Positions 1 through 12,059 of a stretch of DNA of 35,791 nucleotides are shown one piece after another. The notes under the pieces were generated by a model. That model had not been told where the DNA came from and ran no database searches. It saw only the letters and a program-made list of their open reading frames with translations. The number at the start of each line of letters is the position of its first letter. Position 1 is the first letter of the stretch. The DNA is from Octopus bimaculoides (taxonomy: Eukaryota). Both the position numbers and the translations under genes were made by a program. Where the stretch lies: positions 10,437,618 through 10,473,408 of the forward strand of contig NC_068999.1 in assembly GCF_001194135.2 (NCBI RefSeq). The letters are read 5' to 3'.

Positions 1-342
1 TATATATATATATATATGTATATATATATACGCATACATAATTCTATATGTGTTGTTTTATGTGAGTGTGTTCCTATTTATGTGTATATATGTGTGAGTA
101 AAAGCAAATTAGTACATGTTTATGCATACACATACTTTTACACATTTCATTGGTTATACACATATACATATATGCTGTGTGATGAGTATGTTAATCTTCC
201 ATTTGTATATTATGAACGTTTCAATATAACTTTACCGTGTGATTTTCACACGTCTTCGCTGATTAACAAACGTGTGCACACAGAAAACGAATGAACCAAT
301 GCACCCACACACATTCACAAAAACACACACATACACAGTGAG

Positions 343-386
<44 letters not shown>

Positions 387-497
387 TAGCATACATGTAC
401 GTAGTCATGCGTTTACTTGAGCCTTTGACTCTCACTGATGTGTGTCTTGATATCCCGAATACTATATATGCATATATGTGCGCATTTCAGTGTGTGC

Positions 498-532
<35 letters not shown>

Positions 533-1896
533 GCGTGTGAGTGTGTGTGTTTGTGCGTGCACCATTTGTCATTTGATAACTGTGATACATACTTTTCAGG
601 CGGCGGTAACTTTAATAAATCAAGAACGTAAGTTGTATGGGATTTGATATATCTGTATTGGTTTGCATTATTCATATACATGACTTTAGTCCCTCTTGGC
701 CTTTCTTCTTTTTGGCCCATTTGTATTTTAGATTTGTATTTGACACACATATATATATATAGATAGGAAGTGTGATAAATGTAACTACAATGTTTCGTCA
801 GACTGCATGGAGGCTAACGATCCGAGATTTAGAAGTCCGAGATTTCCTGGCAAACCTCTTATACTCTTGCACTCTAATCATTAAATATAATTTTTAATTG
901 CGTGCATATATCACGAATGACGGAGCCACCTTGAGCATAACACTATAAAGGAGTAAGCAGACCCCCACCCCCCCTAAAAAAAAAGACAAAAAGGCAAAAG
1001 AGAGTCACTTACTGTTATAGTTCCTTCAATAAAAATGACAACATTGACCAAGGTTACCGTGGTCTTTTCCGTAGGCTTTTCTTTCCACGGCTAAACCTAA
1101 ACTGTCCTCCCCTCTTTTTACACGACAACATTACTGTGATACACGATCCCTATTGATCCCCCCTTTTTATTTTCTCGATACCTTTTGATCGAACTGCCCC
1201 CTTTTTTCCTTCTTATGATCCCTTTTGATCGACACCCCCCTACTTTTTTTCCCTTCCCCCTCCCAAAAAGAAAAGCTCTTCATTGTATTTGTCCCATCTT
1301 TGTTGAGCCCTGTGTTGCTAATAAATATATATATATATACAGGGAAGAATTTCAAAGACAATGGCAAATATTTCCGATATATTACCTTTATATATTTTGA
1401 TCAGTGCTTTCGATTTGTAGAAGTGGCTTAAAAAATTAGTCCTTTTATGTGTTTCGAGTATTTTATAATTGTCATTTCTATGCACTAATTTATATTTAAG
1501 AGTCTCTAAATCCCTTTTTTATGTTGTCTATCGAGATACATATCTCGACAGTTCACCACGAATCGGATTTCAGTCTACTTTCTCAGGCATCAGTATGCAT
1601 GATCTAGCAAATAGTTAAGACGATGAGACTGGCAGATATGACATTATTGGTTTTGTTTTTCATTTTATTATCTAACCTCGTGTCATTCGATGGCTCAGTT
1701 CATATTGCATTGCTTGTACACGTTTGTGTTTTTATCTATTTTTATAGTTTCACACTCTACCAGATAGGTATAAGATGTATACCAGCGCAGAAATATCAAT
1801 CTTCTGGGGAATACATTTTCTCTCGCTTGATATACTACTCACTAATGTCTATTGTCTTATACACATTGTTTTTCACAACAGGTCATTCTGTTACAA

Positions 1897-2021
<125 letters not shown>

Positions 2022-2181
2022 CCTCAGTTCATCTAATTGTATATATTTTTCGTTATTTTTCATAAAAAAGCCTTTATTTTTTTGATATCCAATGTGCATT
2101 TTCGCTGTTTTCTTCTTACTTTCCCCATATCTTTTCCATGTGCGGTTTCTATTTTCTCTTTGAAACATATTTCTATTACAC

Positions 2182-2229
<48 letters not shown>

Positions 2230-2236
2230 ATACATG

Positions 2237-2269
<33 letters not shown>

Positions 2270-3045
2270 NNNNNNNNNNNNNNNNNNNNNNNNNNNNNNN
2301 NNNNNNNNNNNNNNNNNNNNNNNNNNNNNNNNNNNNNNNNNNNNNNNNNNNNNNNNNNNNNNNNNNNNNNNNNNNNNNNNNNNNNNNNNNNNNNNNNNNN
2401 NNNNNNNNNNNNNNNNNNNNNNNNNNNNNNNNNNNNNNNNNNNNNNNNNNNNNNNNNNNNNNNNNNNNNNNNNNNNNNNNNNNNNNNNNNNNNNNNNNNN
2501 NNNNNNNNNNNNNNNNNNNNNNNNNNNNNNNNNNNNNNNNNNNNNNNNNNNNNNNNNNNNNNNNNATATGTATATATATATACTATATATTATTTCATAT
2601 CTTTTATTTGATTGAACGCCAGGCATCCATTTCGAAGTAAGTTTACTTCACATTTTTGATGTGACTCTCTTCTCTATACTCTTTTCTTCCTCCACCCTTC
2701 TCTATTTCCCTCCCCCCCCTCTATTTTGTATCTGCCCACTTCTCTCTTTCTATATGTCTCTCCTTTGATCTCTCTCTTTATCGTTCTCTCTCTCTCTCTC
2801 TCGTTGCTCTCACGTGATCATCGTACTTCTTTCTTTTCCTCACGTTACCATTTTTCTTTTTCTGCACGGACGCTCAAAAGGGCGGACATTTTTTCTCTCT
2901 CATATATTTTCTCTTTTCAAAAAATAATTTCTCACACCGTTCACTATTTTTCTGTCACTGTAGTCTAATGACTCTCCATGTTTGGTTTCGTTTGGTTTCT
3001 TTGTATGTCTGCACTCCCATGTTTTAGCTCCCAAATTTGACCTTC

Positions 3046-3077
3046 CATAAATCCTAAATTTAATTTTAGGATTTATG
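3046..3077. repeat. Near-perfect palindrome (13-bp arms, 6-nt centre)
   Basis: CATAAATCCTAAA-TTTAAT-TTTAGGATTTATG. Confidence 0.85.
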
Positions 3078-3117
3078 AGAGCAACTGTCTTTGAAGACTC
3101 ATATTGAAGTTGAGTGC

Positions 3118-3149
3118 TCGAAATGAGGAGTATCTACTCCTCATTTCGA
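3118..3149. repeat. Near-perfect palindrome (15-bp arms, 2-nt centre)
   Basis: TCGAAATGAGGAGTA-TC-TACTCCTCATTTCGA. Confidence 0.9.
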
Positions 3150-3336
3150 CAGCCGACAACTGATGAAGTGTCCTTTCTCTGTGTTTACTTGTCCTGTTCT
3201 CCATTTCTTCTCGTGGTTTACGTATTTCATGTTGTTTGTAGCGTTGGTGACGTCCTGTATCAATATATGCATGTATACAGTTTATATATAGTTTATATAT
3301 TACACACGGCGTATCCACATATAGCTACATAATTAA

Positions 3337-3379
<43 letters not shown>

Positions 3380-3730
3380 NNNNNNNNNNNNNNNNNNNNN
3401 NNNNNNNNNNNATATATATAGATAGATAGATATATAGATAGATAGATAGATAGATAGATAGAGATATATACACACACACATATATAGATATACATATATT
3501 TATATAATTATGTGTGCCTGAATAGTCATGAATAACCTAGCACACACACGCCCACACACGCTATTCTACACACCCACACTGATACAAGTATACGTACACA
3601 TGCTGATTATTTTCATGCTCTAATTAATCTAAGAGAATATTTCGGGTCGTCAACAGTTTTCTAATATTATATTTTCCTCTCATTAGTTATATTACATTGT
3701 AGGAAATATAGGGTGAAGAAAAGGTTGGAG

Positions 3731-3751
3731 ACTATACTACTACTGCTGCTG

Positions 3752-3811
<60 letters not shown>

Positions 3812-3891
3812 ATGTTATTGCTGCTGGTGCTGTTGCTGGTGCTGCTACTGCTACCACTACACTACTATTACTACTACTACGGCTGCTGTCG

Positions 3892-3958
<67 letters not shown>

Positions 3959-3961
3959 TAC

Positions 3962-4023
<62 letters not shown>

Positions 4024-4100
4024 TTAATAATAATAATAATACTAGTGCTAGTGTCACAGCTGTTGTTGCTGCTGCTACTATTAATAACAACAACAACAGC
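3731..4100. repeat. Compound trinucleotide tract (CTA)n/(CTG)n/(TAA)n
   Basis: Read directly. It explains the poly-L/Y/S/V/I ORFs in the track. Confidence 0.95.
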
Positions 4101-4258
4101 AATCATTCCTGATATTGGCCACAAGGGCTCAAGTTATTGAAGAGAATATAAAAACCTCTCAATAAAGCACAGAATGCAATACATGTGGGCTACAGTGGTG
4201 AAAGTATTATGCAAAATAAATGATATAACATAGGATATGATACAAAACATAAGAATAC

Positions 4259-4647
4259 CTTCTGTAGGAAAATCAAACAGAAAACATTGCCCAGCAGTGG
4301 GAATTGAGGCAATTCCGTTAAAGTAATTCGATGGATGCCCCACAGAAAAAGGCTCAGGTTTCTTTGCTGCTAAGTGTACCTTTCCTGAAAATCTTTCATC
4401 TTAATAGAAACTTATTCTTAGGTTAGGCTCATTCAGACTCACGTTCTTTTGGCACTATCATGCGATTAAAGAAATAAAAACGGAAATCAGCACTTTCTAT
4501 TCTCGTGTTCTTATTCAAGTGGTCGTTGAAGAAATTGGAGAAATGCATGTTCCCATGTCTTACAAACGAGACCATCACGCAACTCCCTTCAATATCAAAA
4601 ACCGAGCAGAAACCACTTGTCTGCAAGTCATTTGGCGCATCACCCAC
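4259..4647 (-). CDS. Candidate two-exon coding fragment of an unidentified gene
   Basis: The open frame VGDAPNDLQ...IESADFRFYFFNRMIVPKE ends at a GTGAGT donor (4442). A 58-nt intron ends in TTTTCAG (4385), followed by a 126-nt phase 1-1 exon (KVHLAAKKPEPFSVGHPSNYFNGIASIPTAGQCFLFDFPTE) and an AG|GTATTC donor (4258). No family was recognised and no convincing upstream acceptor was found. Confidence 0.25.
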
Positions 4648-5769
4648 CTTTCTCTCGCTAGGTGATCACCCGAAATCCAGACTTTTCCTGTGCCAGCAGT
4701 TCTTTCACACAAACCGATATATCGTCAAAGCATTTAAACTGCTCTGTATGGTGCAGGGAGAGGTAGACTCTCTGCGCACACTCGAGTGTTTCCGTCGTTT
4801 CCGCCACTATGCGATTAGAGCAAGTTATGACTTCCTTTCCGGTTACACAACAATACCAAGGATTTTGGGAAACTGCCCTTCGTCCTCGAACTGATATTCC
4901 AAGTGAGACTGCTCAGGCAGGTTCTACACATCGATGCCTAGTTGCAATTTCTGGTTATCGTTACACATACACTCAACTAACACACTATTTTGTCCCGTTG
5001 CTGGTCTTCTCCATATGGGAGAGATGTGAGATGCTGGCAACGTTCTACATGCCGTATACCCCAATTAGGCTTCCACTTCTCTTACAATAGCTACTGAGTC
5101 AAGAAAATGAGATTTCCATATACATATGTGTGTGTGTTATTGTGTGCGTGCGTGCGTTGAAATATTTCGGAATGGTCACTTTTTCGGAATGGTCCATTAA
5201 ACCTAAACGCTTAGTTTGAGAATGGTGGCAGCTGATGAAGAAAATGTTCTCTATGTTGCCTGTGTGTTTTCTGCGCTCTGTTTATGTTGTTTACCATTTT
5301 GTCCTCGTTTTTTTTTGTGACATCCTGTACCCAGATATGCATCTATATATACATGTAGATGTAGGTATGTACATACATGTACGTATATATGCATATACTC
5401 ACACATTATTTGTATTATATATANNNNNNNNNNNNNNNNNNNNNNNNNNNNNNNNNNNNNNNNNNNNNNNNNNNNNNNNNNNNNNNNNNNNNNNNNNNNN
5501 NNNNNNNNNNNNNNNNNNNNNNNNNNNNNNNNNNNNNNNNNNNNNNNNNNNNNNNNNNNNNNNNNNNNNNNNNNNNNNNNNNNNNNNNNNNNNNNNNNNN
5601 NNNNNNNNNNNNNNNNNNNNNNNNNNNNNNNNNNNNNNNNNNNNNNNNNNNNNNNNNNNNNNNNNNNNNNNNNNNNNNNNNNNNNNNNNNNNNNNNNNNN
5701 NNNNNNNNNNNNNNNNNNNNNNNNNNNNNNNNNNNNNNNNNNNNNNNNNNNNNNNNNNNNNNNNNNNNN

Positions 5770-5821
5770 TACATACATACATACATACATGTATGCATGC
5801 ATGCATACATACATACATACA

Positions 5822-5888
<67 letters not shown>
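5770..5888. repeat. (CATA)n(TA)n microsatellite
   Basis: Read directly; abuts a gap. Confidence 0.95.
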
Positions 5889-5894
<6 letters not shown>

Positions 5895-6502
5895 TCTTTA
5901 CACAGCCCGTCTTTGATCTGCTTGAAAAATTAAAAAGATAAATAAATATATAAATAAATGAAATATATAAAAATGAAAAATGAAAGCCTATGCGACAAAA
6001 AAAAAAAACGGACACAGAAAGTAAGTTGTGCGTCTGCATGTTTCGATGGTATGCTTTATCTCGTTCCTTAGTCAGTCCTTCGTTCGTCCTTTTGATCAGG
6101 TGTATTGTATACTAAGGCAATAATTTGTTTCAATCTACTTGACACTTGAGCTTCTCACCGGGTTGGTTTTGAAGAGTATTCGGCATCTCTTTTTTTTTTT
6201 TTTTGAGCTTGACCTTTTTCTGATTGGGGTCAAGCATGGAATATAATGTAGTCAGGCGAGTTAAAACTAAGGTAATTCGCTCACCAAGTTTAAGCAAAAA
6301 AATTAATCACATGTTGTTTGAAATATGCTGCGATTTTATTTATTCATTTATTTATTTATCTTTTTTTTATTCTCATATTTGTATATTTATTTTATTATTT
6401 ATTTTATTTATTGATATATTTATTATTTTTACACGATGTATATAATTCTATCTGAATTTACTGAAGCAGGTTTCACTTTGAACTCAACATGTGACAAATA
6501 CG

Positions 6503-6620
6503 TTCTTCTTCTTCTTCTTCTTCTTCTTCTTCTTCTTCTTCTTCTTCTTCTTCTTCTTCTTCTTCTTCTTCTTCTTCTTCTTCTTCTTCTTCTTCTTCTT
6601 CTTCTTCTTCTTCTTCTTCT
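6503..6620. repeat. Pure (TTC)n, about 39 units, running into a gap
   Basis: Read directly. Confidence 0.95.
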
Positions 6621-7054
6621 NNNNNNNNNNNNNNNNNNNNNNNNNNNNNNNNNNNNNNNNNNNNNNNNNNNNNNNNNNNNNNNNNNNNNNNNNNNNNNNN
6701 NNNNNNNNNNNNNNNNNNNNNNNNNNNNNNNNNNNNNNNNNNNNNNNNNNNNNNNNNNNNNNNNNNNNNNNNNNNNNNNNNNNNNNNNNNNNNNNNNNNN
6801 NNNNNNNNNNNNNNNNNNNNNNNNNNNNNNNNNNNNNNNNNNNNNNNNNNNNNNNNNNNNNNNNNNNNNNNNNNNNNCAGCACGATAACATTTCAGTAGC
6901 TTTCTTTACCTTATTAAACGTTAAACTTTTTAAAATGCATTCAGTTTTCTGACTTCATTCTACGACTGCGTATGTGTGTCTAATTTGCATGTGAGTTTGT
7001 GTATATGCATATGCTAAAACAAGCCCCTGTTCCCTCGGCAGATATATATATATG

Positions 7055-7112
7055 TTCTCTTTTATTTGTTTCAGTAATTGGACTGTGACCGTGCTGGGGC
7101 ACCTCTTTGAAG
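7055..7112 (-). mobile_element. Diverged 3'-tail fragment of a family A-like SINE
   Basis: TCTTTTATTTGTTTCAGTAATTGGACTGTGACCGTGCTGGGGCACC aligns to TCTTTTACTTGTTCCAGTCATTTGACTGCGGCCATGCTGGAACACC at 28119-28164. Confidence 0.6.
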
Positions 7113-7685
7113 ATATCACCCATATCATAAGCAGTTGTCCGAAAATGTCATCACGTTAATATTTACTGGTGATACATGACGTCGTAGCTAGTACACTCTA
7201 TAATAAAATCCGTCGGAAGGATTATCCCGAGGACAAAGAAATTAAAAAAAAAAACTCAATATGGTAGAAACCATAGCCATTTATCATAATAATAAGGAAT
7301 ACTGGTGGAATGTCCCAGTTAAGACCTCAATAAAATGTAAGCAAAACAGATCGGATATAATGATTTAGGATAGAAAGAGAAACTGTGAACAGTTGTGGAA
7401 ACTAGCTGCCCAGCGGATGTTAACATATAGGTGAAGATGAGTGAAAAAGAGAACACTTATGCTGAACTATTGAGAAATCTGCTGTTACGCTATCCAGATT
7501 ACAATTTCAGGTTTATACCTGTGATTATTGGGAGCCGGGGATATGTAACACCTTGCTTAAATACCAATCGTGAGAAATTAGGCTTCTCTATACCAGAAAG
7601 GAGAAACGTAATTCGAAGACTACAGATCCAGTCCATCACTGGAACTGTAAAAATCTGTAAAACTTTCCAAAAGTTTATCATTTAA
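7109..7685 (+). pseudogene. 3' fragment of an RLE-type (R2 group: R4/Dong, HERO, NeSL or CRE-like) non-LTR retrotransposon ORF
   Basis: Three consecutive frames give EDITHIISSCPKMSSR*YLLVIHDVVA (H...C end of the CCHC knuckle plus an RHD-like motif), then NKEYWWNVPVKTSIKCKQNRSDIMI*D (PD-like motif), then ETSCPADVNI*VKMSEKENTYAELL...FIPVIIGSRGYV...LQIQSITGTVKICKTFQKFII*. This motif order is established for the restriction-like endonuclease domain. The clade cannot be resolved by eye. Confidence 0.8.
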
Positions 7686-8641
7686 ATATATATGAGCATG
7701 TCTAGATATGCAACTATATACATGAAAATAAATAGATAAAACATACAAATCTGTACATCTGTCGATCTATCTATCTGTGTGTTTATCTGATTTTCTGCTC
7801 GTCTTACGATGTGTGTATCCCCCCTCTCTCTCTCTCTCCCTCTCTCTCTCACTCTCTCTCACTCTTTCTCTCACACTCTCTCTCTCACACACTCTCTCTC
7901 TCTTTCTTTCTTTATCCATACAAACACACACACACACACACACATACATATATGTTACATTTCTATACATATTTTTTTTATGAATTCATACATATACAAA
8001 AATAGATACGCGTGTTTATGTATATATAGATACCTTTATAAAGCCGAACATATATATGTGCACGTGTATGTGTATGTGTGTATATGTACATGTATTTATA
8101 AGTGTATACATGTGTGTGTGCGTTTCTGTGTGCGCGAGTCTCTCTCTCTCTCTCTCTGTATGCATGTATGTGTGTGTGCGCATGTGCCCGTGTCTGTCTC
8201 TCTATGTGTATGCATGTCTGTGTGTTCGCGCGCGTGTACAATCACTCAATCTTTTTATTTGATGTAAGAGACAAAATTAAAACACCTGGTGCGCCGCAAG
8301 GTATTTCATTACACAAACGAGGCTAATGGCCTTGGGACAGCTCGAAAAAACCCTCCCTCCCAAAGTCACACGTATATATGTCTTAGACTTCGCGTGTACT
8401 GGGCCAAACCAACTGGAAAGTACTCAGTAAACATTACTTATTCGTCGTTTATGTTCATATTACACTCATATTTTTATTTATTAATTTTTTCGTTGAACTG
8501 TCATTTCGTATAACTTTTAGGTATATCAGTAGAGTTATATATCAATATCTAGCACATTTTCTCTCTCTCATTCGCTGCCTCCATCCCCTCTCTCTCTTAC
8601 TCTCTATGTCTATCTTTCAGGCAACGTGTCTTTCAATCTCC

Positions 8642-8643
<2 letters not shown>

Positions 8644-8687
<44 letters not shown>

Positions 8688-8688
8688 G

Positions 8689-8722
<34 letters not shown>
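8644..8722. repeat. (TATC)n microsatellite
   Basis: Read directly. Confidence 0.95.
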
Positions 8723-8725
<3 letters not shown>

Positions 8726-8794
8726 GGTAACTGTCTTCTACTATAGCCTCGGGCCGACCAAAGCCTTATGAGTTGATTTGGTAGACGGAAACTA
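8723..8794 (+). mobile_element. Internal fragment of a family A SINE running into an assembly gap
   Basis: TGTCTTCTACTATAGCCTCGGGCCGACCAAAGCC...GGTAGACGGAAACT is the reverse complement, with mismatches, of 28380-28442. Confidence 0.75.
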
Positions 8795-9146
8795 NNNNNN
8801 NNNNNNNNNNNNNNNNNNNNNNNNNNNNNNNNNNNNNNNNNNNNNNNNNNNNNNNNNNNNNNNNNNNNNNNNNNNNNNNNNNNNNNNNNNNNNNNNNNNN
8901 NNNNNNNNNNNNNNNNNNNNNNNNNNNNNNNNNNNNNNNNNNNNNNNNNNNNNNNNNNNNNNNNNNNNNNNNNNNNNNNNNNNNNNNNNNNNNNNNNNNN
9001 NNNNNNNNNNNNNNNNNNNNNNNNNNNNNNNNNNNNNNNNNNNNNNNNNNNNNNNNNNNNNNNNNNNNNNNNNNNNNNNNNNNNNNNNNNNNNNNNNNNN
9101 NNNNNNNNNNNNNNNNNNNNNNNNNNNNNNNNNNNNNNNNNNNNNT

Positions 9147-9180
<34 letters not shown>

Positions 9181-12018
9181 ATATATGTTTGTGTGTGTGT
9201 GTGTGTGTGTATATAACTTTGAGTGTGTGTTTACGTGTGTTAAAGAAATTGAACCTGGTGATGCCTTGAGAGTGTACTACCCCAAATTTGAAGTATAAAA
9301 TTTAAAAATATAAATATGCAAATAAATAAATAAAAATAAATTAAATATCATTTTATAAACGACGTCAATAAAACCAATAACAAAGCAAAAATTTTAAGCA
9401 ACCCCCTCCAAAAGATAATAATAATAAAATAATAAAGATATAGATGAGGTTAATAGTCTAGAAAACCTAAAGTAATCTTTTAAATATATGTACCACTACC
9501 GAAATGCATAACAATGACATTATAACGTTGTTATTCATATTTAAATTTTAAATTTATATCACCCACCTTCAACCACGCCATATCTACACAGAATGTTGGC
9601 ATCAAAGAGATTACATAATAGATATATTCTGGGGGTAATTTTTATTTTTTTATGATTTCGAAATGAGAATGATACCATCAACATAATGTTGTAGACACAA
9701 AACAATAAGGAGAGAAGTTAGAAAGGAAAAAAAAAATTCCTAAAAGAATAAAGAGGTACAAAAACACACAAAAAAAAATCTTATAAAATAAACGCATAGG
9801 AAATTATGTTCTTCATGCTCAGTTAACGAAGAGATGTTTAAATGATATCCATTATACACTAGAGCTATATCAATTTCATCACAAAGCAACATGAGAAGTA
9901 CGATATCAAGTACAAGTGTTTGGAGTAGGATTGGCGGTATTTCGGTGTTTAAAATTTTGCAGATTGTTTAACGATAAAACTGAAATGTGTCATTCACATT
10001 TCACAGCAATATGATATATGTTTGTGTGTTTGTGTATGTTTATGCGTACATAAAAACACTTACATATATACACATGCATATTTGAACGCGCATACACATT
10101 CATGTATTTACATATAAACACTATCACACTCAACGCACAAACTCATATATACGTACATAGATGCATATAGATATACGTACACACACACGCACACACGCAC
10201 ACACGCACGAACACTCACACAGATATATGTAAGTATGTATGTATGTATGTATATAGATATACGTACATAGATTGTTCTTATATATGTAAATATGCGTGTG
10301 CGCGAGCGCGTCTGTGCGTCTGTTTATAGATCGATTGACAGATATACCTATACATATATATGTGTGTCTGTGTGTATGTATAGAGATATTCATATATATA
10401 TTAACAAACATATATATATACACACAGTTTTTTTTTTACCCTCTGTATGTGAGTGTGTCTATATAAATTCGAGGTGTTTTCCCTCATTTACCCAGGGAAA
10501 CATAGTGTACAACACATTTACGAATGTTTGCCTGAGAATGTACATGTATATAAAAAATACATATGTATATATATATATATATATATATNNNNNNNNNNNN
10601 NNNNNNNNNNNNNNNNNNNNNNNNNNNNNNNNNNNNNNNNNNNNNNNNNNNNNNNNNNNNNNNNNNNNNNNNNNNNNNNNNNNNNNNNNNNNNNNNNNNN
10701 NNNNNNNNNNNNNNNNNNNNNNNNNNNNNNNNNNNNNNNNNNNNNNNNNNNNNNNNNNNNNNNNNNNNNNNNNNNNNNNNNNNNNNNNNNNNNNNNNNNN
10801 NNNNNNNNNNNNNNNNNNNNNNNNNNNNNNNNNNNNNNNNNNNNNNNNNNNNNNNNNNNNNNNNNNNNNNNNNNNNNNNNNNNNNNNNNNNNNNNNNNNN
10901 NNNNNNNNNNNNNNNNNNNNNNNNNNNNNNNNNNNNNNNNNNNNNNNNNNNNNNNNNNNNNNNNNNNNNNNNNNNNNNNNNNNNNNNNNNNNNNNNNNNN
11001 NNNNNNNNNNNNNNNNNNNNNNNNNNNNNNNNNNNNNNNNNNNNNNNNNNNNNNNNNNNNNNNNNNNNNNNNNNNNNNNNNNNNNNNNNNNNNNNNNNNN
11101 NNNNNNNNNNNNNNNNNNNNNNNNNNNNNNNNNNNNNNNNNNNNNNNNNNNNNNNNNNNNNNNNNNNNNNNNNNNNNNNNNNNNNNNNNNNNNNNNNNNN
11201 NNNNNNNNNNNNNNNNNNNNNNNNNNNNNNNNNNNNNNNNNNNNNNNNNNNNNNNNNNNNNNNNNNNNNNNNNNNNNNNNNNNNNNNNNNNNNNNNNNNN
11301 NNNNNNNNNNNNNNNNNNNNNNNNNNNNNNNNNNNNNNNNNNNNNNNNNNNNNNNNNNNNNNNNNNNNNNNNNNNNNNNNNNNNNNNNNNNNNNNNNNNN
11401 NNNNNNNNNNNNNNNNNNNNNNTATTGAACATAAAGATGAAGGCAATAAAATTATGTTTATTGATATTTTCACTTGGAGACGGGGAAGCGGAAAGTCTTA
11501 ATATCATTTCACACTCACATACCCAGACGTGTGTTTGTTTGTATTTTTGTGAGAAACGTACTTCTCCTGTATTTTTAAGTTAACAATTTTTTCTTTTTAG
11601 CTTATCTTAGAAACATAAAGTAGAAATCAACAAATCCAGGCGTATTCCTTCTTCAGCTGTCAAACAGATCACAAAGTGATTGTCACACCATATATAATAT
11701 GCTTTATATTGTTATATTATAAGAACGTTTTAAACTACTAGTTTACATTTAAACGTGTTTTAAGATACACAGGTAGATATTTGGTCTCAGAAACAACGAA
11801 AGAACGTTAGGTTATTTGTGTTGAACCGTATTCTACTGAATGTATTTTAGTTATGAACTAATGTCGTCATAATTTCCTGGAAATCACATCGATTTTTAAC
11901 ATAGAGGAAACCTCTTCTTTATCGATTATCCTGCTAGAAATAACATTGAAATCACTCTCAGATCACATCGTACCTACTCGAAACAGAGAAGGGCAGTATA
12001 TATGTATGTGTGTATACA

Positions 12019-12059
<41 letters not shown>

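Noticed and set aside
4470-4580. TGF-beta prodomain resemblance (VSF...IESADFRFY), plus YNVTKEALVW at about 13.2 kb
   Set aside because: These are only short-motif similarities, in the wrong order on the strand, with no RXXR site or cystine-knot exon found.
4680-4705. Walker A-like AGTGK on the minus strand
   Set aside because: It sits in a short stop-bounded frame with no preceding beta-strand/GxxxxGK context and no Walker B.
6085-6265. Possible 3' remnant of a second non-LTR element on the minus strand
   Set aside because: The resemblance rests only on vague recall; no conserved motif can be demonstrated from the sequence.
11437-11583. Signal-peptide-like ORF MKAIKLCLLIFSLG
   Set aside because: The hydrophobic core is short, the ORF is only 48 aa and adjacent to a gap, and there is no other support.
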